Shown here: one piece after another, positions 40,511 through 51,292 of the stretch
Layout of the letters: each line of letters starts with the position of its first letter
Numbering within the stretch: the first letter of the stretch is position 1
Origin: an uncultured Candidatus Saccharibacteria bacterium
GTDB lineage: Bacteria > Patescibacteriota > Minisyncoccia > JBAYJV01
Length of the DNA: 64,000 nt
NCBI GenBank assembly: GCA_964577395.1
Contig: CAZNYQ010000008.1
Coordinates: forward strand, 57,319-121,318
Direction of reading: 5' to 3'
Position numbers and translations under genes: made by a program
Notes under the pieces: generated by a model
Database searches by the model: none
What the model was told of the DNA's origin: nothing
Seen by the model: only the letters and a program-made list of their open reading frames with translations

Positions 40511-41938
40511 TTATTTAATATTGCTAGCTATTTTATTAACTTCTCGAATAAATTTCTGGCCTCTGTCAAACTCATTCTCAAAAAGATTAAAACTAGCTGC
40601 TCCTGGAGAAAATAAAATAATATCTTCTTCCTTCGCTTGGTTAGTAGCTTCTTGAACAATATTTTCCATATGACGCATATTTCGTCGAACAATTTTTCTA
40701 CTAATTTGTTTCTTTGAGGCAATCTCTTTTAATTCACTAAATAATTTATCAGAAGCACTTCCTTCTAATAAAATAGTTTTTTTGACTTGTTCTAAAATAG
40801 TTTGGGCAAGACTAGAATAATCTAGTTCTTTGTCCTCTCCCCCGGTAATAAGAATAATATTCTTCTTTTTATCTTTTAAAGTACGGATTGCGGCAATTGT
40901 AGCATCGGGAATAGTGGCTGATGTATCATTGTAGTAAGCTATCTGATTAATCTTGCTAACAAGCTGAAGCCTTCCTTCTAGGGCGCTAAATGACTTAACT
41001 TGCATTCTAATTATTTTGTCAGGAATAAGATAAAGTTTTGCTAAGGTTATAGTAGCTAGAACATTATAAATATTATGTTCACCTAATAATGGTAAATCTT
41101 GAAGATCTAAGATAGTTGATGGTTCATCCTTGTAATAAAAACTGTTTTTCCTTAAGTAAGCTCCTTTATTCTTTACTGGCATGTTTGTTGGTAATTGTTT
41201 TCCGAAAAAGACAACTTGACCCGGAGCTTCATCTGCAAAACTACGCGTCAAGGGATCCTCCCAGTTAAGTACTAAAATATCTTTTTTTCTTTGATGAAGA
41301 AAGATATTCTTTTTTGCTTCAACATAACTCTGAAAATTTTTATAGCTATTAAGATGATCAGGTAAAATATTTAAAACAACTGCTACTGCAGGACTTTTTT
41401 GATGAGATTCTAACATTTCCAATTGCCAACTTGATAATTCTAAAATTGCTAAGGACTTAGTTCTTAATTTATTTAAACAAGATAATACTGAAATACGAAT
41501 ATTGCCAGCGAGGCAAGTTCTCTCTAGCTGATGAGAAAAAATTTTATAAGCTAAACTAGCTGTAGTTGATTTACCCTTGCTTCCAGTAATACCAATAATA
41601 GGGCAAGGGCATTTTTCAAAAAAGATTCCTATATCTGTTTCAATAGGTACTTTGTATTTTCTTGCAATATTTAAATAACGAGATTGATTATTAACAGCCG
41701 GGTTCTTAATAATCATATCTGTTTTAATAAAATCCTCGCTTCGGTTCTGTCCTAAAACAAACTTGATGTTTTTATATTCTTTCAGTTTTTCAATTGATGG
41801 TTTTAACTGTTCCCTAGTTTTAATATCCGTTACTAAGACTTGAGCACCTTTTTCTGCTAAAAATTTAGCCGTCCCTACTCCACCGCCATGCAATCCAAGT
41901 CCCATTACAGTTATTTTTTTGTTCTTAAAATTACACAT
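40511..41938 (-). CDS. murD: UDP-N-acetylmuramoylalanine--D-glutamate ligase
   Basis: VMGLGLHGGG N-terminus and the Mur ligase GSKGKSTT P-loop. Confidence 0.9.
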   Translation of the reverse strand: MCNFKNKKITVMGLGLHGGGVGTAKFLAEKGAQVLVTDIKTREQLKPSIEKLKEYKNIKFVLGQNRSEDFIKTDMIIKNPAVNNQSRYLNIARKYKVPIETDIGIFFEKCPCPIIGITGSKGKSTTASLAYKIFSHQLERTCLAGNIRISVLSCLNKLRTKSLAILELSSWQLEMLESHQKSPAVAVVLNILPDHLNSYKNFQSYVEAKKNIFLHQRKKDILVLNWEDPLTRSFADEAPGQVVFFGKQLPTNMPVKNKGAYLRKNSFYYKDEPSTILDLQDLPLLGEHNIYNVLATITLAKLYLIPDKIIRMQVKSFSALEGRLQLVSKINQIAYYNDTSATIPDATIAAIRTLKDKKKNIILITGGEDKELDYSSLAQTILEQVKKTILLEGSASDKLFSELKEIASKKQISRKIVRRNMRHMENIVQEATNQAKEEDIILFSPGAASFNLFENEFDRGQKFIREVNKIASNIK

Positions 41939-41949
41939 AATACAAAAAA

Positions 41950-42717
41950 TTACCTGATATTAGCTTTTTGAATAATAACTTCTCTGTCTAAAAATATCTT
42001 ACTTAACCTCTCGAATCTAGCTGGAAAATCAGTTACCCAATACTTATTTTGACTTTTTTTATTTTTTCCTAACATCTCTTTGCGATTATTGATTGCTTTA
42101 ATTAAAATCTTAGCTGGCTCAATTATCTGAACATCGTTACCAACAACCTGACTAATTTGTTTCTCAATCAAGCTATAGTGCGTGCAAGATAATACCAAAG
42201 CTCTAAGACTGTTATGAGATACAAATTTCAAATAGTGTTTAAGAATAGAAAATGTCTCCGGTTTACCAATCCAACCTTCTTCTACTAAAGAAACTAATAG
42301 AGGACAAGGTTTTGCAATAACTTGATTAGCTATATTATTTAATTTTCTTTGATAAATATTAGATTTGATTGTACCTCTTGTTCCAATAATGCCTATCTTT
42401 TTAAAACCTCTCTCTCTAATTTCATCAATAGCGGGAGTGATAATATCAAAAATAGGTATATGAGGAAATTGTTTCCTTAAATGATTAGCTGCAAGCGCAG
42501 AAGCTGTATGGCAAGCAATAATTATAACACTAGCTCCGTTATCAATTAAAAACTTAACATTTTTTATCGCATAATCTTTAATATTGGCGGCACTTTTTTC
42601 TCCGTAAGGAAAATGAGCTGTATCTCCTAAATAAAGAAAATTTTCTTGAGGAAAATTTCTCTTTATTAAGCGAGCAACGCTTAGACCTCCAACACCTGAA
42701 TCAAAAATCCCAAACAT
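41950..42717 (-). CDS. murI: Glutamate racemase
   Basis: GIFDSGVGGLSV and ACHTAS motifs. Confidence 0.9.
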   Translation of the reverse strand: MFGIFDSGVGGLSVARLIKRNFPQENFLYLGDTAHFPYGEKSAANIKDYAIKNVKFLIDNGASVIIIACHTASALAANHLRKQFPHIPIFDIITPAIDEIRERGFKKIGIIGTRGTIKSNIYQRKLNNIANQVIAKPCPLLVSLVEEGWIGKPETFSILKHYLKFVSHNSLRALVLSCTHYSLIEKQISQVVGNDVQIIEPAKILIKAINNRKEMLGKNKKSQNKYWVTDFPARFERLSKIFLDREVIIQKANIR

Positions 42718-42733
42718 AGTTTTTCAATTAAAA

Positions 42734-43774
42734 TTAGCCTAACAAGTAAATAATAAGTCCAATAACCGTCATAACGCCAGCAACAATCCAAAACCTCATT
42801 GTTACTTTACTTTCATGCCATCCCCGTGCTTCAAAATGATGATGAATAGGGGTAGAAATAAAGAGTTTCCTATGAAATAAACCCTTAGAAACAGTTTGGA
42901 TAATTACAGAAACAGATTCAAAAACTAAAACAAAAGCTATCAAAGGCAATAAAATAGCTGTATTGGTAAGCATGGCAATAATCCCCAAAGTAACTCCCAA
43001 CCCCATTGAGCCAGTATCACCAAGAAAAAATCGAGCTGGATAAATATTATACCACAGAAAAGCTAAGAGAGATCCAATAATTGCCCCGCAAAAAACAGCT
43101 AAGTCAAATCTTGCTTGCGTAAAAGCAATAACTCCCAAAGCTGTAAAAGCAATCATCAAAACACCACCTGCAAGACCATCAAGACCATCCGTTTCATTAG
43201 TAGAAAAGGAGGTTGCGACAATAATAAATATAAAAACAGGAATATACCAAAAACCAATATAAAAATTACCCGCGAAAGGAATGCTAATCAAGTCCCAATC
43301 AAGCTTAAAATAAAACCACCACGCCCCAAAACTAGCTACTAAGGTATAGAGAATTAATTTTTCTCGCACTCGAAAACCTGTTTTGCGTACTCCCATATGC
43401 AAAATTCCAAAAACATCATCTACTAACCCCAAAATCGCAGAAGCTAACATAGCACCAAGTGGTAAAAGAGTTTGAGAACGTGATAAAAAGTTAAGGCTTT
43501 CTAAATAAGTACCTTCTCCTAGTTTGCTTAACACCCAAAAAAGAATAATCACTATCGTAACAGTTCCCCAAACTAAAATACCACCCATCGTAGGTGTTCC
43601 CTCTTTTTTCTTATGCATCTTATTAAAAACAGGTGCTTTATCTTTTTCTATATACTTAACTAATTTTTTTCTCTCTAAAAATCCTGTTAAAAGCGGCGTA
43701 AAAAAGAGAGCTAATAAAAAACTTACAACTACTGTAATTAATAAACGAATAACTTGAATATTGGCAATAATCAT
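42734..43774 (-). CDS. mraY: Phospho-N-acetylmuramoyl-pentapeptide transferase
   Basis: Polytopic, with the MraY pattern (NTDGLDGLAGG). Confidence 0.9.
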   Translation of the reverse strand: MIIANIQVIRLLITVVVSFLLALFFTPLLTGFLERKKLVKYIEKDKAPVFNKMHKKKEGTPTMGGILVWGTVTIVIILFWVLSKLGEGTYLESLNFLSRSQTLLPLGAMLASAILGLVDDVFGILHMGVRKTGFRVREKLILYTLVASFGAWWFYFKLDWDLISIPFAGNFYIGFWYIPVFIFIIVATSFSTNETDGLDGLAGGVLMIAFTALGVIAFTQARFDLAVFCGAIIGSLLAFLWYNIYPARFFLGDTGSMGLGVTLGIIAMLTNTAILLPLIAFVLVFESVSVIIQTVSKGLFHRKLFISTPIHHHFEARGWHESKVTMRFWIVAGVMTVIGLIIYLLG

Positions 43775-43786
43775 AATAAATAAAAA

Positions 43787-44764
43787 TTACTTAAAATTAT
43801 AAGCTTGCTCTACCCAATTAATGAAATGTCCCATCTCTAACTCTCTGTCACGCGCACCTAAAACAATTAATAAAACTTGATCCTCTTGAAATTCTCGAAT
43901 TATCAGAAGACAATCTTTAGCTAAATCAGTATGCCCAGTCTTGCTACCTAAAATATTATCTATCTTGCCTATTAATTGATTTGTATTGCTTAAATAAAAA
44001 CTTCTGTTATCAATTGATGTTATTTTAACCGTTTTAAGGCAAGTAGTTTCAAAAAAATCAGGATATTTATCAATGATTTCTTCTGCTAATTTTAACAAAT
44101 CTTTAGCAGTAGAAAAATTATCTCCATCAAAGCCTATGGGATTAGAAAAATGACTTTCCTGCATATTTAAGGTTTGAGCTTTTTGATTCATAAGATTTTT
44201 AAAGTCAATATTTAAAACATCTGCTACGGTATCTGCTAATAAAAAAGTCGCTTCATTGTTAGACGCAACCAAAGAGGCTTTTAATAATTCACTAGAAGTG
44301 AATTTTTCACCTTCTCTAAAAATATTACAAGCTCCTTCAATATTTAGGTGCTCTTTCTCAAAAGAAATTACTTCAGGCAATTCATCTTCATATTCTTTAA
44401 CAATCAAACCTGTTAATAATTTGGTTAAACTAGCTATAGAGAATGATTGATCGGCTTTTTTCTCAAAAAGAACCTTATTCGTAGTCATATCGTAAGCAAA
44501 GACAGAAGTAGCCATAGTTTCAAAGTCTGCTATTTGCCAATCTCTTAAAGGATGTTTCTGGCTAGCTGGTTTTTGAATAACTACCATTTCTTGAAAATTC
44601 TCTGCTTGATTAATAGAAATATTTTCTAACTCATTTACGTCAGAAGCATTAACAGATTTCTCCAAAGACGCAAGAAAAACGGGCAAAGAAGTATAAATAA
44701 TTTGCCCTTCTGCCATAATCAAAACAAAAATTAAAATTGTTAATAAAAAAGCTGAAAAACGCAT
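43787..44764 (-). CDS. Serine-type D-Ala-D-Ala carboxypeptidase (PBP5/6-like, S11)
   Basis: SxxK (SLTK), SxN (SNN) and KTG (GSKTGHT) motifs. N-terminal signal anchor. Confidence 0.8.
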   Translation of the reverse strand: MRFSAFLLTILIFVLIMAEGQIIYTSLPVFLASLEKSVNASDVNELENISINQAENFQEMVVIQKPASQKHPLRDWQIADFETMATSVFAYDMTTNKVLFEKKADQSFSIASLTKLLTGLIVKEYEDELPEVISFEKEHLNIEGACNIFREGEKFTSSELLKASLVASNNEATFLLADTVADVLNIDFKNLMNQKAQTLNMQESHFSNPIGFDGDNFSTAKDLLKLAEEIIDKYPDFFETTCLKTVKITSIDNRSFYLSNTNQLIGKIDNILGSKTGHTDLAKDCLLIIREFQEDQVLLIVLGARDRELEMGHFINWVEQAYNFK

Positions 44765-44767
44765 TTT

Positions 44768-46015
44768 TTAACTATTTTTAGGCTTAATTTCTTTAAAATT
44801 TAAATAAGGATATAAGCATTTAGGGATCTTGACGCCACCCTTGTCAGTTTGATGATTTTCTAAGATTGCGATTAAAATTCTAGGGCTTGCTATTGCTGTA
44901 TTATTCAAAGTGTAACAATAATGAGTCTGATTAGCTTGATCTCTGTATCGGATATTTAATCTTCTTGCTTGAAAATCACCATCGTTAGAAGCAGAGTGAG
45001 TTTCTCTAAAACCTTTCCAAGAAGGCATCCATGTATTTAAATCGTATCTCTTCTTGTTGGGATAACCAAGATCTCCTAAACAATTAATAACAACTTGATA
45101 GGGTAATTGTAATTCTTGTAAAATATCCTCACTGATCTTCAATAATTTGTGATGCTCTTTTTCAGCCTCGTCAGGAATACATATTGTAAACATTTCAACT
45201 TTATTAAATTGATGAACCCTAAAAAGTCCCTTAGTTTCTTTTCCATAACTGCCAGCCTCTCTACGAAAGCAAGCCGAAAAACCAGCATAGTGTAAGGGAA
45301 GGTTTGCTTTATCAATTATTTCACCTGATCTATATGAGGCAAGAGGCACTTCAGCGGTACCAGTTAAATAAAGATGATCTTTCGCTACGTGATAAATTTC
45401 GTTTTCTTCAGTAGGAAAAAAGCCTGTCCCTATCATGGCTTCTTCTTTAACTAAATCTGGTGTAATAAAAAAATCAAAACCTGCCTTGCGAACTTTATCA
45501 ATCGCAAATCTTATAACAGCCATTTCAAGTAAAGCCGCTTCATTTTTTAGATAATAAAAACTGTTCCCAGATACCTTAGCACCCCTTTTTAAATCAATAA
45601 TACCAAGTTGTTCTCCTAGGGATAAATGATCTTTAGGCTGAAAAGAAAAATTGCGAGGCTTGCCCCATTTCTTAATAATTTTATTATCTTTTTCGCTTTC
45701 CCCTTCCGGCACTTCAGGATCTGGAAAATTAGGTAAACTTAACATTATATTTTGAAATTTTTCTTGAATTCCTTTTAACTCTCTTTCGGAATTAATAAGC
45801 TTTTTCTTAATGTCTTGAGCTTCTTTAATTCTGCTGTTGTCTCTTGTTTTACTAAGTTTATTCTTTCTTGCTCTTAGTTGATCTACTTTTTGGATAAGCT
45901 GACGCCTCTTATCATCCATTTTTAACAAATCGTCTACAGAAAGAGTTACTTTTCTTTTTTGAAAAGCTTCTTGAGTAAGTTTTTTATTGTCACGAATGAA
46001 ATTAATATCAAGCAT
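44768..46015 (-). CDS. serS: Seryl-tRNA synthetase
   Basis: N-terminal coiled-coil arm and class II core (GTAEVPLASY). Confidence 0.9.
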   Translation of the reverse strand: MLDINFIRDNKKLTQEAFQKRKVTLSVDDLLKMDDKRRQLIQKVDQLRARKNKLSKTRDNSRIKEAQDIKKKLINSERELKGIQEKFQNIMLSLPNFPDPEVPEGESEKDNKIIKKWGKPRNFSFQPKDHLSLGEQLGIIDLKRGAKVSGNSFYYLKNEAALLEMAVIRFAIDKVRKAGFDFFITPDLVKEEAMIGTGFFPTEENEIYHVAKDHLYLTGTAEVPLASYRSGEIIDKANLPLHYAGFSACFRREAGSYGKETKGLFRVHQFNKVEMFTICIPDEAEKEHHKLLKISEDILQELQLPYQVVINCLGDLGYPNKKRYDLNTWMPSWKGFRETHSASNDGDFQARRLNIRYRDQANQTHYCYTLNNTAIASPRILIAILENHQTDKGGVKIPKCLYPYLNFKEIKPKNS

Positions 46016-46019
46016 AAAA

Positions 46020-47474
46020 TTAATTTTTAGGTTTCATAAAAGGAAATAAAATAACTTCTTTCAAATTATTCACTCCTGTTAAAAGAGCAACAAGTCTGTC
46101 AATTCCTAATCCCCAACCAGCTGTTGGTGGCATACCATATTCAAGAGCCGCCACAAAATCCTTATCATAAGGATGGGTTTCCTCTTCTCCAGTTCGGACT
46201 CTCTCTTTTTGCATCTCGAAACGTTCTTTTTGCGTTCTAGGATTATTTAACTCTGCGTAAGCATTAATGATTTCTAATCCTTCAATAATTAACTGAAAAC
46301 GAGCAACTGTTGATGGCTTATCAATATTTTTCTTAGCTAACGGAGATAAAACAAGCGGATGATTAATTAGAAAGAAAGGGTAATCAAATTTAGGCAAGCA
46401 GACCTTTTTAAGAACTTCATCAACTAAGGACCATTTATCTCCCGCTGGATTTTTGATCCCCTCTTTCTTTAATATTTTCTTCAATTTCTCTACGTTAACA
46501 CTATCCATATCTAAATTAGCTTTATCTTTCAAAACGTCTCCATATTTAAGTCTCGGCAAAGATTTAGAAAAGGCTTGTTGCAATTTTTTAACTAATGAAT
46601 TTTGAGGAAAAATATCTAAAATATTGCAAAAAATTTCTTCAGTAAAAGTCATTAATTTTTCATGATCGCTGTAAGCCCAATAAAATTCCAGTGTTGTAAA
46701 CTCAGGATTGTGAGAATAATCAATTCCTTCATTGCGAAAACTTTTGCCTAATTCGTAAACTTTTTCAAACCCTCCTATGATTAATTTTTTTAAATAGATT
46801 TCAGGAGCAATGCGAAGATATAGGTCAATACCTAAAGCATTGAGGTGAGTCTTAAAAGGTTTAGCTAATGCTCCCCCGGCTTGATTTTGTAATATAGGAG
46901 TTTCTACTTCTAGAAACCCTTCTTTATCTAAAATATTTCTTAGTCTTTTAATTAAAACTGATCTTAAACGAAGACGATTCTTTAACTCAGGATTAAAAAT
47001 TAAATCAAGATATCTTTTACGATACCTAGTTTCTTTATCTTTAAGACCATACCAATTATCGGGTAAAGGATTAAGAGATTTACTTAAAATTTGCCACTGG
47101 GAAGTTTTGAGGGTTACTTCTCCTACTTTTGTCTTAAAAACTTCTCCTTGAGCCTGAATAAAATCACCCACGTCAATTAAATCTTTGAAATCATTAAACT
47201 GTTTCTCGCCCACCAAATCTTTTTTAAGAAAAAGTTGTAATTTAGCACTTTTATCTTCAATATCTAAAAAAATAGATCCGCCATGACTTCTTATTGCCTT
47301 AACTCTACCCGTTATTGTAACAATTTGTTCTTCCTTTTCTATGGTAGTAAAGTTATCAATTATTTCTTGACACAAATGCGTCCGGTTCGATTGAATAGGA
47401 TAAGGATTAATATTCCTTTCTTTCATATGAGCTAATTTTTCAAAGCGATTTTTACGAAGATCTTCTAAGGGCAT
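46020..47474 (-). CDS. lysS: Lysyl-tRNA synthetase (class II)
   Basis: OB anticodon domain and class II motifs (EFTTLEFYWAY). Confidence 0.9.
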   Translation of the reverse strand: MPLEDLRKNRFEKLAHMKERNINPYPIQSNRTHLCQEIIDNFTTIEKEEQIVTITGRVKAIRSHGGSIFLDIEDKSAKLQLFLKKDLVGEKQFNDFKDLIDVGDFIQAQGEVFKTKVGEVTLKTSQWQILSKSLNPLPDNWYGLKDKETRYRKRYLDLIFNPELKNRLRLRSVLIKRLRNILDKEGFLEVETPILQNQAGGALAKPFKTHLNALGIDLYLRIAPEIYLKKLIIGGFEKVYELGKSFRNEGIDYSHNPEFTTLEFYWAYSDHEKLMTFTEEIFCNILDIFPQNSLVKKLQQAFSKSLPRLKYGDVLKDKANLDMDSVNVEKLKKILKKEGIKNPAGDKWSLVDEVLKKVCLPKFDYPFFLINHPLVLSPLAKKNIDKPSTVARFQLIIEGLEIINAYAELNNPRTQKERFEMQKERVRTGEEETHPYDKDFVAALEYGMPPTAGWGLGIDRLVALLTGVNNLKEVILFPFMKPKN

Positions 47475-47496
47475 ATTGATAAATTAAGATATTAAG

Positions 47497-47961
47497 TTAA
47501 TCATTAACTACATTTATAATTACATACTTTTTTTTACCACCGGGTGTATCTATATTTATTATATCACCTTTTTTCTTACCAAAAAAAAGTCTTCCTATAG
47601 GAGCTTCATATGATATCTTACCCTCCGTAGGGTCTGACTCTCCTGAACCAACAATTCTATATTGTTTGTCAGCACCTTTTTCCATCTTAATTGTTATAAG
47701 AGATCCTAAGCCAATTTTCTTCCCGTTATGATTATTTTCTACAATTTCAGAAATATTTAAAATATTCTCAATTTTTTTAATTTTTCCTTCATTAAAAGAT
47801 TGTTCTTCTTTAGCTTTTATATAATCAGCGTTTTCCGATAAGTCACCTAAAGCTTTTGCTTCTTCAATCCGCTCGGCTATCTCGTGTCTCTTTTTCTTAT
47901 AATTCTTAAGCTCATTTTGAAGTTTTTCATGTCCTTCTTTGGTTAAATATTTGTCAGGCAT
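47497..47961 (-). CDS. greA: Transcription elongation factor GreA
   Basis: GDLSENADY motif. 154 aa. Confidence 0.9.
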   Translation of the reverse strand: MPDKYLTKEGHEKLQNELKNYKKKRHEIAERIEEAKALGDLSENADYIKAKEEQSFNEGKIKKIENILNISEIVENNHNGKKIGLGSLITIKMEKGADKQYRIVGSGESDPTEGKISYEAPIGRLFFGKKKGDIINIDTPGGKKKYVIINVVND

Positions 47962-47975
47962 AATTTTAAAATTAA

Positions 47976-48791
47976 TTAGTTATTAAGTAAAATCATATTT
48001 TGCATTACCATAGCTACTGTAATAGGTCCTAAGCCTCCTTTAGCTGGAACAAAAATTTTTACCTTTTTGGCAAGATTTTTTGGCTCTATATCTCCCTGAA
48101 TCTTTTCATCCAAGGAATTGCTCAATCCTGCATCTATTACAATAGATCCCTTTTTCAACATTGAAGCATTAACAAGCTTTGGTTGGCCAGCTCCAGATAT
48201 GACAACGTCAGCTTTTCTAGTAAAACTATCAATATTTTGAGTTTTTGAATTTAAAATAGAGACAGTCGCCTTTTTCCTTGCCAATTCAATACTTAAAGGT
48301 TTGCCTACTAAACGGCCATTGCCTATTAAAACAATTTCTTGAGATATGATTTTTATATTATATTCTTCCATAACCCGCAAGACAGCCGCAACAATTGGAG
48401 GTTTAATCTTACATTTTCCTGTATAAAAATTTCCTAGTGCCTTAGAAGATAAAACATCAACATCTTTAATGATAGGAACACTATCCAGAATATACTGTGT
48501 ATTAATATTCTTTGGTAATGGTAGCTGAATTAAAATTCCATGAACACGATTATCTTTGGCAAGAATTGCTAATTGTTTTCTTAGCTGTCTGTTTGAAATA
48601 CTTTTTTCGAAAGTAAAAACAGGACAATTTATGCCTAGTCGTTGAGCTATGTCCTGTTTTTTCTTAATAAAAGAAGTACTAATAGGATTCTTGCCAACCT
48701 GAACAATACCTAAACTTAAATCTTTAAGTTTATATTGTTCCAATTCTTGTAAGACACTACCAGCGAGCTTATTGCCATCTACTTTAATCAT
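47976..48791 (-). CDS. folD: Bifunctional methylenetetrahydrofolate dehydrogenase/cyclohydrolase
   Basis: FolD pattern (VLIGNGRLVGKPL ... GGLGPITVAMVMQN). Confidence 0.85.
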   Translation of the reverse strand: MIKVDGNKLAGSVLQELEQYKLKDLSLGIVQVGKNPISTSFIKKKQDIAQRLGINCPVFTFEKSISNRQLRKQLAILAKDNRVHGILIQLPLPKNINTQYILDSVPIIKDVDVLSSKALGNFYTGKCKIKPPIVAAVLRVMEEYNIKIISQEIVLIGNGRLVGKPLSIELARKKATVSILNSKTQNIDSFTRKADVVISGAGQPKLVNASMLKKGSIVIDAGLSNSLDEKIQGDIEPKNLAKKVKIFVPAKGGLGPITVAMVMQNMILLNN

Positions 48792-48803
48792 AATAATATT
48801 CCT

Positions 48804-50054
48804 CTAAAGACTACTTAGAAATTGATTGATATCCACTAGTTCAGTTTTCTTTTGGCAACGCTCTTTAACCTCTAATTTATTATCTGCAATTGTCTTCTTG
48901 CTACCAATTACTCTTAGGGGAGTTCCGATTAAATCAGCTTCTATCAATTTTTCACCTGCATGAATATTAGTCCGATCATCATATAGAACATCTTGTCCCT
49001 TTTTAAGAAGTTGGTTATATAATTTCTCCAACTTCTCTCTCTCCTTACCCTCTAAATTAAGATTAAGCAAATGAATATCAAAAGGAGCTACCTTAGAAGG
49101 CCAAATGATACCCCTATCATCATGATGAACGGTCACTATGGTGGCTAATAACCTTCCTACCCCAATACCATAACAGCCCATAAGGATAGGTTTTTTATTA
49201 CCATTTTTATCTAAGTAGGTAGCTTGAAAACTTGAAGAATAATTTTCTCCTAGAATGAAAATATGTCCGCTTTCAATCACTGGTTTCTTCTCAAGCTTAC
49301 TTCCACATTTAGAACATGTTTTAAGATTTACCTTAGTTTGGTTTTCTAAATATTCCGCACTATACCCCGTTTTACATTTTGGGCAATAATATACTTGATC
49401 CTCGCCCACCTCAGAAGGCACCATAAATTCGTGAGAGGAATCTCCTCCAATACTTCCTGATAAAGCATCTACTTTCAACGCATCAAGCTTAAGTTGAGAA
49501 AATATCCTTTGGTAAGCTTCAGTAACTTTTTTATAATACGAAGCAAGGTCCTCTTTAGTTTGATGAAAGCTATATAAATCTTTCATAAGCAATTCTCTGG
49601 TTCTTAAAAGTCCTCCAGTTGCCCTTACTTCATTCCTAAATTTGGTTTGGATTTGAAAAAGCGCTACCGGTAAATCTTTATAAGATTGAATTCTATCTTT
49701 GATTAACTTAGTCATAACTTCTTCATGAGTTGGTCCTAAAGTTAATTCCTTTTTATGCTGATCCTGTAACTTAAAAAGAGGCGGTTCAATATTATCCCAG
49801 CGACCTGTTTTTTCCCAAATCTCTTTAGGTTGCAGAGCGGGTAATAAAACTTCTTGAGCTTTAATATTAGTCATTTCCTGGCGAATTAAATTTTCTAACT
49901 TATGCAAGACTTTCCAACCTAACGGAAGGTAACTATAAATACCAGAAGCTAATTTATCAATGTAATCACCCTGAATTAAGAAATGAAGACCTGCTATTTT
50001 TTCTTCTTCTTTAATATCTTTATTAGTTTTATAAAATAAAATTGACTGACGCAT
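48804..50054 (-). CDS. proS: Prolyl-tRNA synthetase, bacterial-like core lacking the INS editing domain
   Basis: Class II ProRS N-terminus (GIYSYLPLGWKVLHKLENLIRQEM). Only 416 aa. A short Cys4 insert (CPKCK...CSKCGS) occupies the position where INS normally sits. Confidence 0.85.
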   Translation of the reverse strand: MRQSILFYKTNKDIKEEEKIAGLHFLIQGDYIDKLASGIYSYLPLGWKVLHKLENLIRQEMTNIKAQEVLLPALQPKEIWEKTGRWDNIEPPLFKLQDQHKKELTLGPTHEEVMTKLIKDRIQSYKDLPVALFQIQTKFRNEVRATGGLLRTRELLMKDLYSFHQTKEDLASYYKKVTEAYQRIFSQLKLDALKVDALSGSIGGDSSHEFMVPSEVGEDQVYYCPKCKTGYSAEYLENQTKVNLKTCSKCGSKLEKKPVIESGHIFILGENYSSSFQATYLDKNGNKKPILMGCYGIGVGRLLATIVTVHHDDRGIIWPSKVAPFDIHLLNLNLEGKEREKLEKLYNQLLKKGQDVLYDDRTNIHAGEKLIEADLIGTPLRVIGSKKTIADNKLEVKERCQKKTELVDINQFLSSL

Positions 50055-50071
50055 AAATATTGTTTACAGAA

Positions 50072-51259
50072 TTAGAATATTTTCACGATATCTCTTATTG
50101 TAACAAAAATCATTAATAAGATAATCAAAGCAAATCCTACTGAATTAACAATTCTTTCTGTCTTAGCATTAACAGGAGAACCTTTTATCTTTTCGATTAA
50201 AACAAACAAAAACCTGCCTCCATCTAAAGCCGGCAAAGGTAAGGCATTTAAAACCACTAAATTAATAGAGATTAAAGCAGCGAAATGCAGAAAATAACTC
50301 CACCCTAAGGTTGCCATTTGACCAGTAATCCGGAAAATGCCTACTGGCCCAGCTATCTCTCCTATCATTTCTCCTTTGGTTAAAAGAGTTTTAAAAAGAT
50401 TATAAAAACCTATCACAATCATTCCTAAGAGCTGGAAAGAATACAAAAATCCTTTCCAAATAGCTTGATACCAAGGATAAGCCAAAATACCACTTTTTAC
50501 AAGAGAGATGCCAAGTGGTCCTTGGTCCTCGGGAAAATCTTGGCGCGCTAAAATTTCAGTTTGTATTTTCTCATCACCTCTTTCTATAAATAAAGTAACT
50601 TGCTCGCCTTGATATTTTTCGACAAATTGCTGAATTTGAACAATTTGAGTAACAATCATAATATCATTACCTTTTTGAAGTTTAGTTATTTTATCTCCCA
50701 TTTGCAAGCCCACCTTTTCAGCTGGCGTATCTTTAGAAATACTTGCTATCATAACTTGTTCATCTTTTAAGCCTTCTGTTTGATGTTCTTGCGAAACAAC
50801 AGGTGCTCCCACGGCAAACATAATACTTAAAAGAAAGATCGCAAAGATAAAATTAGCTGCTACTCCACTTAATAAAACAATTGATCTTTTTAAAGCGCTT
50901 TGAGCGCAAAAGCTGTCTTTTTGAGAGGCTGCTTTTTCCTCTCTGTCTTGCCCAAAAATTCTCACAAATCCCCCAAAAGGGATTAAATTAATAGAATAAA
51001 TTGTTCTGTTTGAAATATTTTGTGGCTTTGTGCCAAAAATAATATGCCAAGGTTTATTCTCTTTATTGCTTTTAAAAATTTTAAAAATATTAAACCTCTT
51101 TTTGGATTTTTTTCCTTTGTAAATACCAATAACACGAGGAGGGTATCCAACGCCAAATTCATCAACTCTCATGCCAGACTTCTTAGCAGCTAAAAAATGC
51201 CCCGCTTCATGAACTATAATTAAGAGACTAAAAAATAAAATAACAATAAGAAGAGTCAT
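50072..51259 (-). CDS. rseP: Site-2 protease RseP (M50 zinc metalloprotease with PDZ)
   Basis: HEAGHF HExxH motif in TM1, a PDZ domain, and the C-terminal LDGG motif. Confidence 0.9.
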   Translation of the reverse strand: MTLLIVILFFSLLIIVHEAGHFLAAKKSGMRVDEFGVGYPPRVIGIYKGKKSKKRFNIFKIFKSNKENKPWHIIFGTKPQNISNRTIYSINLIPFGGFVRIFGQDREEKAASQKDSFCAQSALKRSIVLLSGVAANFIFAIFLLSIMFAVGAPVVSQEHQTEGLKDEQVMIASISKDTPAEKVGLQMGDKITKLQKGNDIMIVTQIVQIQQFVEKYQGEQVTLFIERGDEKIQTEILARQDFPEDQGPLGISLVKSGILAYPWYQAIWKGFLYSFQLLGMIVIGFYNLFKTLLTKGEMIGEIAGPVGIFRITGQMATLGWSYFLHFAALISINLVVLNALPLPALDGGRFLFVLIEKIKGSPVNAKTERIVNSVGFALIILLMIFVTIRDIVKIF

Positions 51260-51292
51260 ATTAATAAAGTGTTACTTAGGTAAATTAATATT

